The notes: generated by a model not told the origin, from the sequence alone. Shown: positions 50,890 through 61,393, numbered from the stretch's first letter. The stretch is 64,000 nucleotides of DNA from Candidatus Woesebacteria bacterium RIFCSPLOWO2_01_FULL_44_24b (GCA_001793235.1 MGHM01000004.1:34467-98466); one strand, 5' to 3'. Program-made: numbers and translations.

Positions 50890-51339
50890 TTACTTCTTGA
50901 AGAAACTTGAAAGGTAGTGTTTGTAAAGGCTGCCCATTGTGACTATGCCTACTAACTTGCCGTGATCAACCACCGGCAGACGGCGGATGTTGTTTATAAT
51001 CATAAGGGAGCAGGCGACCAGGACGTGCCTGCCAGGCTCAATTGTGATTACATTTTTGGTCATAATATGCTTTGCAGTCAACTTACCAATATTCTCTGCC
51101 TCATGCTCAATACGCTCAAAATTTTTGTAATATTCAATATTTTTGTAGAATTTTTTCTCACTTGGGAAAAGCTTGTAAAGAAGATCTTTCTCCGAAATTA
51201 CACCAACTAATTTCCCCTCCTTATTGACGACAGTAATCCCGCTAATTTTCTTTGTAGCTAAGAGTTTTACAATTGTCTGAAAATCGGCACTATCATTTAC
51301 AGTGAAGACCCGCTTAAACATTACATCCCGAACCAACAT
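50890..51339 (-). CDS. CBS domain pair protein
   Basis: Two CBS motifs (VRDVMFKRVFTV... and AKHIMTKNVITIEP...). Confidence 0.75.
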   Translation of the reverse strand: MLVRDVMFKRVFTVNDSADFQTIVKLLATKKISGITVVNKEGKLVGVISEKDLLYKLFPSEKKFYKNIEYYKNFERIEHEAENIGKLTAKHIMTKNVITIEPGRHVLVACSLMIINNIRRLPVVDHGKLVGIVTMGSLYKHYLSSFFKK

Positions 51340-51579
51340 AGTAAATTATACACATTAATAGAAATATTTCAAAGCAGGTTTTGAATTTTTCACATTAGTT
51401 TTCACCGCTCAAATGTTAACTTGGATGCAAAGTTTACTCAAAATTGAGCTTAATTCCCCTTGACTTTTGAGCATACTTAATATAAATTCATTCAGCTTAA
51501 CTTTAGAGAGCCTGCTACTCCAAAGTTCATTTCCGAAGGGTGGTGAGCAAACATTAAAAATTTACTTAAAAGTTTAAAA

Positions 51580-52179
51580 TTGCACGAATCTACCATAAGC
51601 ACAGTCTTGGGATTTTTAGTTATAGTAGTGGTTGGTCTTCTTGTTGTTAATTACTTTAGAAATCTGGACTCAGGGGAGACTTTCCCCACATCAGCAACTA
51701 CCGAAGAAGGAAACGATCAAGAAACCTATACTGTGGCAGCAGGAGACTCACTCTGGACAATATCCGAAAAGGTATATGGTACCGGATACAATTGGGTAGA
51801 TATAAGAGACGCCAATGACATTCAAAACCCGAATGACGTAGAAGAAGGGCAAGTTCTTATTATTCCCGAACTTGAGGACCAAGGTGCTGAGCTTGCTGAA
51901 GCGGTGGTCACAAGTACACCCTCACCGGCGCCGACTATCTCACCAACTCCCAGTCCAACAGCCTCACCAAAAGGTGAAATTGCATCAGTTGAAACTATCA
52001 ACCAAATGCCCGAAGCAAACGCAGGCGGCAGCTACACTGTTGTGAAGGGTGACAATCTTTGGAATATCGCAGTTGCGGCATACGGAGATGGATTCAGGTG
52101 GGTCGACATAGCTCGCGCAAATCACTTGGCTAATCCACAAGTAATCCACGCAGGAAACGTTCTGACCATACCCGCTTGA
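51580..52179 (+). CDS. membrane-anchored protein with two LysM domains
   Basis: A TM helix followed by two LysM repeats (YTVAAGDSLWTISEKVYG..., YTVVKGDNLWNIAVAAYG...). The track start is a TTG. A strong promoter, TTGACT-N16-TATAAA, lies at about 51463-51490. Confidence 0.7.
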   Translation: MHESTISTVLGFLVIVVVGLLVVNYFRNLDSGETFPTSATTEEGNDQETYTVAAGDSLWTISEKVYGTGYNWVDIRDANDIQNPNDVEEGQVLIIPELEDQGAELAEAVVTSTPSPAPTISPTPSPTASPKGEIASVETINQMPEANAGGSYTVVKGDNLWNIAVAAYGDGFRWVDIARANHLANPQVIHAGNVLTIPA

Positions 52180-52257
52180 GTTTGATATAATAAGCTACTT
52201 GCGGGTATAAGAACATTTTGCTGGCGCAAAATAACCTTGAATCCGCTCATTGCATTT

Positions 52258-52328
52258 GCGGGTATAGTTGAATGGCCCAACACCACCTTCCCAAGGTGGG
52301 GATAGGGGTTCGATTCCCCTTACCCGCT
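52258..52328 (+). tRNA. tRNA-Gly (CCC)
   Basis: GCGGGTATAGTTGAATGG...CCACCTTCCCAAGGTGG...GGGGTTCGATTCCCCTTACCCGCT with anticodon loop TTCCCAA. Confidence 0.85.
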
Positions 52329-52407
52329 CACAGGAAGGCGCACTTTGTTGTGCCAAAGTAGCTCAGTTGGTAAGCATAGCTTGGCCACCTGCGCTAATTT
52401 GTAAGAT

Positions 52408-52483
52408 GCCAAAGTAGCTCAGTTGGTAGAGCAATCCCTTCGTAAGGGAAAGGTCGTGGGTTCGACTCCCACCTTTGGCTCCA
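52408..52483 (+). tRNA. tRNA-Thr (CGT) with encoded CCA
   Basis: GCCAAAGTAGCTCAGTTGGTAGAGCAATCCCTTCGTAAGGGAAAGGTCGTGGGTTCGACTCCCACCTTTGGCTCCA with anticodon CGT. Confidence 0.85.
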
Positions 52484-53196
52484 TGGCATACCGAATTTCT
52501 AGGCTAAAAAGACTTGAGGAAAAGCGGGCTGTCAGCTCGACTGTCAAATATATCGTTCTCACGGTTATAGTAATTTTTGTGCTTTTGAACTTTGGCTTGC
52601 CGGCACTTTCCAAGCTCACCGTGGTTATTGCAGATTTGGTCGGCCAAGAAAACTCGGATGACGATTCAAATTCCCCTCCACCTCCGCCTCCAAACATAAA
52701 AAGCCTTCCTGCCTTCACGAAAGACAGCTCAATAAGAGTCGAGGGGACCACGAGACCCGGATTCACGGTCTCAATTTTTTTCAATGACGAAAAAGTCGAG
52801 GTTTTGGCCAACGCAAGCGGCGAGTTTACCAGCTCATTCGACTTAAGTAAGGGCGAGAACACGGTTTCCGCATTCGTCACTAACAACGACGGGCAAGACA
52901 GTTCAAAAACCCAGACATTTACTGTCAATTTTGACAGCGACCCTCCCAAGCTTGAGATTATTACACCAACCAACGGGCAGCAATTCACAGGCCGCACTAA
53001 GCAAACCGAAATTCAAGCTCAAACCGAGGCTGAAGCACACGCAACTGTGAATGACAGAATTGCAATAGTGCGCGGGGACGGCAAGTTTGATTTTCCGGTA
53101 ACACTAAACGAGGGAGAAAACATTTTTAAGATAAAATCAACCGATCAGGCGGGAAACACAACCGAGCTTGAATTAAAGCTTAACTACACGCCTTGA
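52483..53196 (+). CDS. membrane-anchored protein with Ig-like beta-sandwich repeats
   Basis: The track ORF 52423.. starts inside tRNA-Thr, so it is trimmed to the ATG at 52483. It has a TM helix, a PPPPPP linker and two Ig-like repeats of roughly 90 aa. Confidence 0.45.
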   Translation: MAYRISRLKRLEEKRAVSSTVKYIVLTVIVIFVLLNFGLPALSKLTVVIADLVGQENSDDDSNSPPPPPPNIKSLPAFTKDSSIRVEGTTRPGFTVSIFFNDEKVEVLANASGEFTSSFDLSKGENTVSAFVTNNDGQDSSKTQTFTVNFDSDPPKLEIITPTNGQQFTGRTKQTEIQAQTEAEAHATVNDRIAIVRGDGKFDFPVTLNEGENIFKIKSTDQAGNTTELELKLNYTP

Positions 53197-54365
53197 CCCG
53201 TTTTACGGGTCCTTGAGATTATCGCTAGAATTACAAGCCAAATAATCACCCAAGGGTAGAAAAGGGTATTGCTAAATTGAGAATGAACAAGTACCGCCAG
53301 CGCTGAGGCGTTGAAAAGGTCTCCATATATATTTCCCGCTGTTAGTTTGGCAATTTGACCCAGCAAATTAAAAACAACCAAAAGTCCTAAAACTCCGGTA
53401 GTTGCAAGAATAAGTAAAAAGCTATTATCAAGCCCATAGCAGGAGTTTTTCTGTGCCGAAATATCTATACTCAGCCTCGCTTTTGCTTTACAAACATTAT
53501 TGTATCCGACTCCGAAAACCGGAGAGCTTAAGATAATCTCAAAACTTTCTTGATAGTTTTGTATTTTTTGAGAAATTGAGCTTACACGGGACAGTTTCAC
53601 CCCCTCCCCACCCGGGGTCCGGGGAAGTAAAACCACAATGACTGCAAAAGCAAAAACAAGAATCAATAGAAACTTCTTATTTCTATTCCAAAGAAGAACA
53701 AACAGGCCAATAATAAGAGCTAAAAAACTCGCACGCGAGTATGTGAACCCAAGTGTTATAAGCAAAAACACGACACTCAAAACAGCCCGCTTGGTCCTAG
53801 AAAGAAGAAAGTATGAAGTTGCTGTAAGTATACCCAGCACAAGTACTATGCCAGTAAAAGCGGGATCCATGAATGTCGAAGTAAGGCGAAAATAGTGGTC
53901 ATCCCAGCCCACTGCCTTTAAGCTTGTCAAGTCCGGAAAAAGAAAATATTGTACCCAGCCGAAAAGCGCCACAGACCCGCCAACCACCAACAAGGATTGT
54001 AAACAAAGTCCTCTTTTGGCTTTTGAAATTGGCCTATTTAACCAAAACAGCAAAAAAACCAAGTAAACCGTAAGACGAAATACATAAAACAAGCCATGAA
54101 TGTCAAAATTGCTTGTAAAAACTGATAATAAAAGACTAAAAGCTAAAACAACAATGATAGGAAGCAATAACCTAAAAATACTCTTGACTCTATATACTAT
54201 ATGCATGAAAATCACTGTGAAAAGTATCAAGGCGTCGATGGGGTGGGGTCTAAAACCTAAACCCAATAAATTCTGTGTATATATTCCAGGCAATTGACCT
54301 AGAGGAAAAATCGCCAAGATCAGGAGCAGTAAATAGTCAATTATTCGAGCTCTTGTTTTACCCAT
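53184..54365 (-). CDS. O-antigen ligase/polymerase (Wzy/WaaL)-like polytopic membrane protein
   Basis: About 10 TM helices and a large periplasmic loop with a FTYSRASFLAL pattern. It is located in a glycosyltransferase cluster. Confidence 0.5.
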   Translation of the reverse strand: MGKTRARIIDYLLLLILAIFPLGQLPGIYTQNLLGLGFRPHPIDALILFTVIFMHIVYRVKSIFRLLLPIIVVLAFSLLLSVFTSNFDIHGLFYVFRLTVYLVFLLFWLNRPISKAKRGLCLQSLLVVGGSVALFGWVQYFLFPDLTSLKAVGWDDHYFRLTSTFMDPAFTGIVLVLGILTATSYFLLSRTKRAVLSVVFLLITLGFTYSRASFLALIIGLFVLLWNRNKKFLLILVFAFAVIVVLLPRTPGGEGVKLSRVSSISQKIQNYQESFEIILSSPVFGVGYNNVCKAKARLSIDISAQKNSCYGLDNSFLLILATTGVLGLLVVFNLLGQIAKLTAGNIYGDLFNASALAVLVHSQFSNTLFYPWVIIWLVILAIISRTRKTGQGV

Positions 54366-55082
54366 AGCTTAGTCCATGCCAAAAATGAGTGAAAGCTCAT
54401 GAGGGTAGCAAAAACAAATCCATGAACCCCGTCTTTATATCCACTTTTGACAATAAAATTAATAATAAATTTTAACAGTGGCATAAAAATTATCTTTGTC
54501 AAACCAGACTTTTTGCCTTCTTCTTGATTACTTTCAGTATGAAGCGTAGAGTAACGATTAATCTTACCCAAGACCTCTGAAAGTGACTCGGAAGGGGAGT
54601 GGAGAAGGGGTGAGTGCATTTTGGAAACTCTTCCGGCTACCTTCCAGGTCTCATGAACACGGCGTCTCCAACGGCCTTTGCCGGCGCGGGCTAACCTAAG
54701 TAACCAAGTCTCTCCCCACTCCCCACCTACCATCTTCTTACCCATAAATATATCCTGCCGCTTAATTAAATAGCCTTCAGCTTTGGGATTTTTGAACTCA
54801 GAATTTATTTCGTTTATCAAATCTACCGGCACCCTCTCATCCGCATCAATGAAAAGCACCCACTCGCCCCTAGCCTTTCTGAGGCCAAAATTGCGCTGTG
54901 AGGCAAAATCATCACCTAAATTTCTTATATAAACTCTGGCGCCAAACTCCTTGGCCAGAACTCTTGTATTGTCTGTGGAATTATCGTCAATAACGATTAT
55001 TTCATTACACCAACTGAGGCTCTCCAAACACCCTGAAATTCTTTCTTCTTCGTTTTTGGTAAGTACTATTGCACTAATCATG
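54341..55082 (-). CDS. glycosyltransferase family 2
   Basis: ISAIVLTKNEEERI...IVIDDNSTDNT...DADERV (DxD). Trimmed to the MISAIV start, which overlaps the upstream stop as ATGA. Confidence 0.75.
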
Positions 55083-56304
55083 TCTTTTGCTTTAATGCTC
55101 TGGTCACAAACCAAATTTCCAAAGGCAAGCCAACTATCGCCCCGATAAGCGGAGCCCAAACAGTGCCTGTAAGGCCGTAATTTAAAGTAAGAGGCACAAT
55201 AGTCACTCCAAGCCCCAATATACTTACCAAAGTGACAAAAGTAATATATTTTTGCTTTTCAAGCGCAAGAAGAAGTGAGTTCATAGAGTTAGTCACCGCC
55301 TGAATCACCCCAAAGACGCTCAGTACGCGAACCAAGGGTACTGCTGGAAGCCACTGCTCCCCCAAAAAGATCTTTATTAGGTCTTCCCCGAAAACAAACA
55401 GAGTTAGGCCCAGAAGTGTCGCAACAGATACAATCACCACGGTAATCTTAATAAAGACTTGGCGGAGTCTGTGGGAGTCTATAGAAAGCTTGACATATGT
55501 CGGGAACATTACCCTGCCAAAAACATCTGTCACCTCGGAAATCGGCATGGAGCAAATTTTATAGGCTACTTGGTAAATCCCAAGCGAAGTCTCTCCTAAA
55601 AATCTCCCCACTACTCCGTCGTCGCCTTGCCTGAAGAGAAATTGGAAAAAACCTGCCCCAGTCACCCATTTGCCCTTCGAAAGTATTTCCCGGAGTTTGA
55701 CGGAATTAAACTCAAGACTGGGCCTGGGACTTACAAACACAAATGACATGACTAATTCCAAAAGTGCACCTGCGATCAAGCCCCAGACTATCCCAACCGA
55801 GGACTGTGTCACTAAGGAAACTAAAACCGCCACACCTGAATCGACTGCGAAAACGACAAAACGGAACCAAAACTCTGTTCCAAAACGAAGCTCTTTTTGA
55901 AAACGCACTATTGCCGGGTTAATAAACCCTCTTATCAAAGAGACGAGACTAATGAGATATACCAAATTTCTCGACTCGGGAGAATTGAAAAAGCTGGATG
56001 CAAACGGCGCAAGAACAACCAGAATCAAGGAAATCAGGCACCCACGCAAAATCGACACCACCCATGCGGTGTTGAGATACTCATTTATGCCCTTTTTCTT
56101 CTGGACTAGTACTACATTTATGCCAGTTTCCATGAGTATTTCTAAAAAAGTAATCGTAAGTGAAGCTATACCAAATATCCCAAACTGCGCAGGGGACAAA
56201 ATTCGAGCTAGAACTATGGTCCTTACAAAGGCTATAAAGCGCGTTAACGCACGAAAAGCTCCTACCCAGGTCACTCCCCAGAGAGTCTTTCTAAAGTAAC
56301 CCAT
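55078..56304 (-). CDS. polysaccharide flippase (MOP/Wzx family)
   Basis: 408 aa with about 12 TM helices and a Wzx-like pattern. Confidence 0.65.
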   Translation of the reverse strand: MGYFRKTLWGVTWVGAFRALTRFIAFVRTIVLARILSPAQFGIFGIASLTITFLEILMETGINVVLVQKKKGINEYLNTAWVVSILRGCLISLILVVLAPFASSFFNSPESRNLVYLISLVSLIRGFINPAIVRFQKELRFGTEFWFRFVVFAVDSGVAVLVSLVTQSSVGIVWGLIAGALLELVMSFVFVSPRPSLEFNSVKLREILSKGKWVTGAGFFQFLFRQGDDGVVGRFLGETSLGIYQVAYKICSMPISEVTDVFGRVMFPTYVKLSIDSHRLRQVFIKITVVIVSVATLLGLTLFVFGEDLIKIFLGEQWLPAVPLVRVLSVFGVIQAVTNSMNSLLLALEKQKYITFVTLVSILGLGVTIVPLTLNYGLTGTVWAPLIGAIVGLPLEIWFVTRALKQKT

Positions 56305-56320
56305 AAGCTATTGTACTACG

Positions 56321-57304
56321 CTAGCTACTCACAGTATGAAGTCTTCGATGTCTTCGAAGGGGTGTCACAAAGCCTGAGGCAAACCCCGCAATCACGGACA
56401 AGTCAGTAATTATTTGCACCACCGGAACGAGCATTAAGGCCATCTGGTCGGTAACTTCTTCACGCTTGCCCCACAAGGAGCCAAAAACATAAACGGTAAA
56501 ACCAAGGGTAGTAATATAGAGGAAAAACAAACTGTAAAAAGACAGACCGAAACACAACATGCCCAATGCCCACTTAAGGTAAACCGCCGGAATATTGGTG
56601 TTTACCGTCGCCAAACTCTCGCATGGGTGTCGCCAGGTACCGGTTTGAGAAATCCCTGCGGTGTAGCTAAAAATCTTTCTCGCACTTTCTCCAAAGGTCT
56701 TCGGAGCATGCCAATAAACCAATGCCTCCGGAACACGCTCAATTCTTATACCCTTTTGCAAAAGTTTATAATTAAAGAGATTATCCTCTCCAGACCACTG
56801 CAAGTCTTCGGAATAGCCATGAAGATCTTTCCAAATCTTTTTCCTAATCGCCATAGAGCGGCCTGTTGGCATATAACTTCTCGGATCTAACATCTTTGAA
56901 GTGACTCCGATAAATGGGCTGACTGCCCGGGCCACTGCGGTTTTAGCGACTATTCTGTAAAAGCCGGCAGACACGCCAACTTCTTGGTCCTTGAGGGGTC
57001 TAACGAGCCTTTTGAGCCAGTGCTTGTGCGCCACACAACTGCCGTCAATTTGGGCAATTATGGGAAAGCGAGCCTCTTCAATGCCAAAATTTCTGCCCTG
57101 AGCTTTGTTTAATTTCTCGCTTAATGCTCTGAAGTCTTCGTGCTTTGCTTCATAATCTTCGAGTACTGCTAAAGTATTGTCCTTAGAACCGCCGTCAACC
57201 ACAATTATTTCATCGGGCTTCCTGGACTGGTGCAAAATCGAGTCCACCAGCTCGCGGATTGTATCTTCGTTATTGAGTACGGTTGCTACAACGGTTACTT
57301 TCAT
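56321..57304 (-). CDS. glycosyltransferase family 2 with C-terminal TM segments
   Basis: MKVTVVATVLNNEDTIRELVDSILHQS...IIVVDGGSKDNT... (DxD). Confidence 0.7.
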   Translation of the reverse strand: MKVTVVATVLNNEDTIRELVDSILHQSRKPDEIIVVDGGSKDNTLAVLEDYEAKHEDFRALSEKLNKAQGRNFGIEEARFPIIAQIDGSCVAHKHWLKRLVRPLKDQEVGVSAGFYRIVAKTAVARAVSPFIGVTSKMLDPRSYMPTGRSMAIRKKIWKDLHGYSEDLQWSGEDNLFNYKLLQKGIRIERVPEALVYWHAPKTFGESARKIFSYTAGISQTGTWRHPCESLATVNTNIPAVYLKWALGMLCFGLSFYSLFFLYITTLGFTVYVFGSLWGKREEVTDQMALMLVPVVQIITDLSVIAGFASGFVTPLRRHRRLHTVSS

Positions 57305-57398
57305 TTCTCTCCCAAATTAGACAATTATACTATGAACCTGGGTTAAGATTCAAAAAACTGCAAGAATTAGCCAAAGATTATTTTGTTATACTGAAATT

Positions 57399-59180
57399 GT
57401 GAAGAAATCTTTAGTTTATGGCTTAAAAGCACTATCACTTTCATGGAAAGCTAATGGGATTTACTCAATAATTGCAATTGTCGGTGCAGTTTATGACAGC
57501 ACTCTCTACCCTTTTATCCAAGTTTTTCTCCTGGCAAGGGCTTTAGATTTATTTTCCAGTGACCAACCAGTTACACTTTCTGATTTAAATTGGATAATAA
57601 TAAGCTATCTTGTAGCTTCAGTTATTAAGCTCACATTAAAAAGCATTACAGATGTTAAAGAGGCATATTTACAGGTCAGATTCGAGGGCTACCTTGATTT
57701 ACAGGTCAGTAAAAAACTGACAGAGCTAGACCCGGCTACTTTTGAAAATCCCGAATTCCAAAACTTATTGGCTCAAATCGAAGGAGTTACAGGCTCCCTC
57801 CAAGCCCATTTCATGCGCTTTATCGGGCTTATTAACGCGGTGTTCAAGTTTGCAACTGCCGCCATTGTTGTTTCGGTAACATTCCCTTTATTTGCCCCAA
57901 TCATTTTAATCGCTACAATCCCTATTTACATTGTTTACGACAGGTTTAGAATTTCCACCTGGCCATTTTATGTCGAAAAAAGATCGTTGGTTACCCGAGT
58001 AACTCAGTATATTAAAAATCTTCTGTCATCAGATTCCACCTCGAAAGAATCGATAATCTTTAAAACCGGTGGTACGCTTCTTTCCAAAATAGAAAAGCAC
58101 CAGCAGATTTATTTCAAAGACTTTGACAATATAAATAGTCCCTGGACCGTAAAAATTCTACTCGTAAAATTTATTCAGTTCGGAGCGTTTATCTATACAC
58201 AATATCTTAATTTAAGCAGGGTCCTGGCTGGCACATTAAGCATTGGTAACTTTGCCCTGATCTTCCAGCAATCTCTAAACCTGACTTTGGGAGCCGAAGA
58301 AATATTAAGCATGTACTCCAGCATGTCCGCACGAAACAAATATATTGATAAATATTTTGAATTTATGAATACTCCCAAAGCTATCAATTCACCTACAAAA
58401 CCCGCAAGTCTCCCACAAACGCCTTATCCACCGGTTATTGAATTTAAGAATGTGACTTTCAAGTACCCCAAAACTCAAAGAAGCATACTTAAAAAATTCA
58501 ATTTAACTATAAATCCGGGAGAGAAAATTGCACTCGTTGGGGAAAACGGTGCCGGGAAAACAACCATCATCAAACTATTATTGCGCTTCTACGACCCAAC
58601 CGAAGGAGAAATTTTAATTAATGGAGTAAATATTAAGGAACTAAATCTTGAAGAATGGCACAAGCTAGTTGGAGCTTTGTTTCAAGACTTCATCAAATAC
58701 CAATTTACTTTCAAGGAAAATGTTTACATTGGTAACCTATCAAAAATAGACAATGAAAAGTTACTCAGAGAAGCAATCGCTAAGTCCGGCGCAAGTGCAT
58801 ATGTTGGCAAGTTACCTGAAGGAATTAATCAAGTTGTAGGCAAGATGTTTGAGAAAGGAATCGATTTGTCGGGTGGCCAGTGGCAAAAGTTGGCGTTGGC
58901 CCGCGCATTTTTCCGAGATGCACCCCTTCTGATACTTGATGAGCCCACAAGCGCCATTGACGCAAAAGCTGAGTATGAAATCTTTCAAAACGTTCAAAAA
59001 CTTCAGAAGGACAAGACTGTCATAATTATTTCTCACAGATTTTCTACCGTAAGAAACGCCGACAGAATCTTAGTTTTGCAAGGCGGCAAAATTATTGAAG
59101 AGGGCAACCACAAAAAACTACTTGCGAAGGATGGTTTATATGCGGAGCTCTTTGAACTTCAGGCAAGGGGCTACAAATAA
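57399..59180 (+). CDS. ABC exporter with fused permease and ATPase
   Basis: An N-terminal 6-TM domain followed by Walker A GENGAGKTT, the signature LSGGQWQKLALARA and Walker B LILDEPTSAID. Confidence 0.85.
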   Translation: MKKSLVYGLKALSLSWKANGIYSIIAIVGAVYDSTLYPFIQVFLLARALDLFSSDQPVTLSDLNWIIISYLVASVIKLTLKSITDVKEAYLQVRFEGYLDLQVSKKLTELDPATFENPEFQNLLAQIEGVTGSLQAHFMRFIGLINAVFKFATAAIVVSVTFPLFAPIILIATIPIYIVYDRFRISTWPFYVEKRSLVTRVTQYIKNLLSSDSTSKESIIFKTGGTLLSKIEKHQQIYFKDFDNINSPWTVKILLVKFIQFGAFIYTQYLNLSRVLAGTLSIGNFALIFQQSLNLTLGAEEILSMYSSMSARNKYIDKYFEFMNTPKAINSPTKPASLPQTPYPPVIEFKNVTFKYPKTQRSILKKFNLTINPGEKIALVGENGAGKTTIIKLLLRFYDPTEGEILINGVNIKELNLEEWHKLVGALFQDFIKYQFTFKENVYIGNLSKIDNEKLLREAIAKSGASAYVGKLPEGINQVVGKMFEKGIDLSGGQWQKLALARAFFRDAPLLILDEPTSAIDAKAEYEIFQNVQKLQKDKTVIIISHRFSTVRNADRILVLQGGKIIEEGNHKKLLAKDGLYAELFELQARGYK

Positions 59181-59197
59181 ACTTGTGTTGTTCGATG

Positions 59198-59269
59198 TGG
59201 ATCCGGATGGAATCGAACCATCGACCTTTCCGATGTGAACGGAACGCTCTACCGCTGAGCCACGGATCC
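59198..59269 (-). tRNA. tRNA-Val (CAC)
   Basis: The minus-strand sequence GGATCCGTGGCTCAGCGGTAGAGCGTTCCGTTCACATCGGAAAGGTCGATGGTTCGATTCCATCCGGATCCA has anticodon loop TTCACAT. Confidence 0.85.
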
Positions 59270-59279
59270 TAATATCAGG

Positions 59280-59876
59280 TTGCCCATATTATACCAAAAG
59301 ATTATAATAATCCTTGTCATGATGAATAAACTTGGGTCATTTATACTCGAACTTTTGCAGGTTGTGGTCTTTGCAATCTCAATATTTTTATTTGTCTACC
59401 TGCTTATTCTGCAGCCTCATAAAATCAAAGGCGCTTCGATGGAGCCCAATTTCCAAGACGGCGAATATCTTTTGACTGACAAAGTCAGCTACCGCCTTGG
59501 CGAGCCCGCTCGCGGTGATGTAGTAGTTTTTAAAGCACCTCCAACGTACAAAGATGAGTTTATCAAGCGCATTATCGGTCTTCCCGGGGAGCAAGTTACA
59601 ATAAAGGAAGGCAAAATTTATATAAACGCGCGTGAGCTTTCCGAAGAATACCTCCCGGCAGACATCAGGATTGTCCCCGGCAGGTACCTTCAAGAGGGCC
59701 AGACAGTGACGGTCCCCGCAAATTCCTACTTTATGCTAGGGGACAACAGGGACCACTCGCTTGATTCGAGAAACATCGGCCCGATTGAGCGGCAATATAT
59801 TACTGGCCGCGCCTGGTTTGTTTATTGGCCGGTATCAAAAGTCGGAACCGTGACCCCACCGGTTTACCTTTTTTAA
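59280..59876 (+). CDS. lepB: signal peptidase I
   Basis: Catalytic Ser (GASMEPNF), catalytic Lys (KRIIGLPGE) and GDNRDHSLDSR boxes. Confidence 0.85.
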   Translation: MPILYQKIIIILVMMNKLGSFILELLQVVVFAISIFLFVYLLILQPHKIKGASMEPNFQDGEYLLTDKVSYRLGEPARGDVVVFKAPPTYKDEFIKRIIGLPGEQVTIKEGKIYINARELSEEYLPADIRIVPGRYLQEGQTVTVPANSYFMLGDNRDHSLDSRNIGPIERQYITGRAWFVYWPVSKVGTVTPPVYLF

Positions 59877-59880
59877 TTAC

Positions 59881-60723
59881 TTAAGGAGTTACCAAGCCCC
59901 TGTAGAGCTTCTGAAGTTTATCCTCTGTTTCGGCCAAAGTCCCCTTCATGATAAATGTAACTTTAGTCTGACTGCGGGAGCGGATTAATTTCACCTGAGT
60001 TCGGCCATCATCTTCATTTTCAGCTTTCAGCGCAGTTTGCATTTCATTTTGCATCTTGTCAATTTCGTCGGAAATCACAAGCACTCTCTGGGTCTGAGTT
60101 TTGGGCCTTGGCGCCTGACTTGCTCGCGCCTTCATTCGGCGGGCCAAGTCCTCGGCACGGCGGACCGAACCACTTTCACGAAGGATCGTTTTATAGGCCT
60201 CCATTACAAGATTAACGTCGTCTATCGAGGCCAACGCGCGTGCGTGACCTTCAGTGATAAGTTGGCTTAAAAGCCCATCTTTCAAGGCATCGGGAAGAGT
60301 CAAAAGGCGCATGGAGTTACTCACATATGCAACCGACTTACCGATTCGAACGGCGATTTCACTCGTGGTCAGGCCAAACTCGTTCATAAGCCTCTCAAAG
60401 CCCTTAGCGCGGTCAAGAGCATTTAAGTCAACCCTTTGAACATTTTCAACCAAAGCCATCTCAAGCATGCCTTTAGGTGTAGTTTCGCGAATGACTGCCG
60501 GGACGTGAGTAAGCCCCGCAAGTTTTGAAGCTCGCCAGCGCCGCTCACCTGCTACTATTTGGTATCCTGCGGGTGTTTTGGCCACGACCAGAGGCTCAAG
60601 AATTCCGTGCTCTTTAATAGAGTCAACCAGGTCAACCAAGCTTTCTGGAGTAATCACCCCACGAGGCTGTAGTGGATTGGGTTGCAGCTCCTCGACGAGG
60701 ATTTGGATAATTTCTTCGGCCAT
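59881..60723 (-). CDS. parB: chromosome partitioning protein ParB/Spo0J
   Basis: ParB box (QIVAGERRWRASKLAGL) plus an HTH. Confidence 0.85.
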   Translation of the reverse strand: MAEEIIQILVEELQPNPLQPRGVITPESLVDLVDSIKEHGILEPLVVAKTPAGYQIVAGERRWRASKLAGLTHVPAVIRETTPKGMLEMALVENVQRVDLNALDRAKGFERLMNEFGLTTSEIAVRIGKSVAYVSNSMRLLTLPDALKDGLLSQLITEGHARALASIDDVNLVMEAYKTILRESGSVRRAEDLARRMKARASQAPRPKTQTQRVLVISDEIDKMQNEMQTALKAENEDDGRTQVKLIRSRSQTKVTFIMKGTLAETEDKLQKLYRGLVTP

Positions 60724-60740
60724 AAAAAAGTTATGAGTTA

Positions 60741-60989
60741 TTAGTTAACAGTTATTAGTTTCTTGCCAAATTTCTGACCAAATTCAACTACTCCCGTTTT
60801 AAGAGCGAACAAAGTGTGGTCACGGCCGACACCCACATTGCTTCCAGCCGATAATTTAGTACCTCTCTGGCGGACCAAAACAGCTCCGGTCATAACCGGT
60901 TCGCCGTTCGCCACCTTAAGTCCAAGACGCTTACCTTTGGGGTTTACATGCTGACTTGCCTTAGCTCCACCTGCTTTATGCTTTGACAT
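60741..60989 (-). CDS. rpmA: 50S ribosomal protein L27
   Basis: ...[24 protein letters not shown]... Confidence 0.9.
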   Translation of the reverse strand: MSKHKAGGAKASQHVNPKGKRLGLKVANGEPVMTGAVLVRQRGTKLSAGSNVGVGRDHTLFALKTGVVEFGQKFGKKLITVN

Positions 60990-61050
60990 GAGTCAATATT
61001 AAACAAACTTTTCACACATGTCAAGTGACCGACTGTTATACGGTGTGAGA

Positions 61051-61350
61051 TTATTTGATACTTACTACTTGAAGTCTCGTCAATTGTGCCCGGGAACCAA
61101 TATGTTTTCTATATCGGGATTTGGCTTTGTACTTGAAAACATGAATTTTCTCGCCTTTCTCGTCAGCCAATTTTTTAAGCGTTACTTTGACTCCTTTTAC
61201 CAAAGGCTCGCCAACTTTTACTTTTTCCTCGTCCCGAACCAAAAGAACCTCGGGCTCAAGCTTTGTGTCTCCCAATTTGTCCACCAAAATCTCTTCTTTC
61301 TCCGTAACTTTATACTGCGCACCCCTGATACGAATCACTGCGTACTTCAT
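61051..61350 (-). CDS. rplU: 50S ribosomal protein L21
   Basis: MKYAVIRIRGAQYKV... Confidence 0.9.
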   Translation of the reverse strand: MKYAVIRIRGAQYKVTEKEEILVDKLGDTKLEPEVLLVRDEEKVKVGEPLVKGVKVTLKKLADEKGEKIHVFKYKAKSRYRKHIGSRAQLTRLQVVSIK

Positions 61351-61393
61351 AACAGATGTATTTTAGCCTGAATGTGGTTGAATTACAAGTCCA

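Noticed and set aside
51340-51579. 240-nt gap upstream of the LysM gene as a possible riboswitch or ncRNA
   Set aside because: It contains a good TTGACT-N16-TATAAA promoter and a leader of about 100 nt. I recognise no known riboswitch consensus, so it is treated as promoter plus 5' UTR.
52423-52482. First 20 codons of track ORF 52423..53196
   Set aside because: This stretch overlaps the tRNA-Thr gene. The gene was trimmed to the ATG at 52483 immediately after the tRNA.
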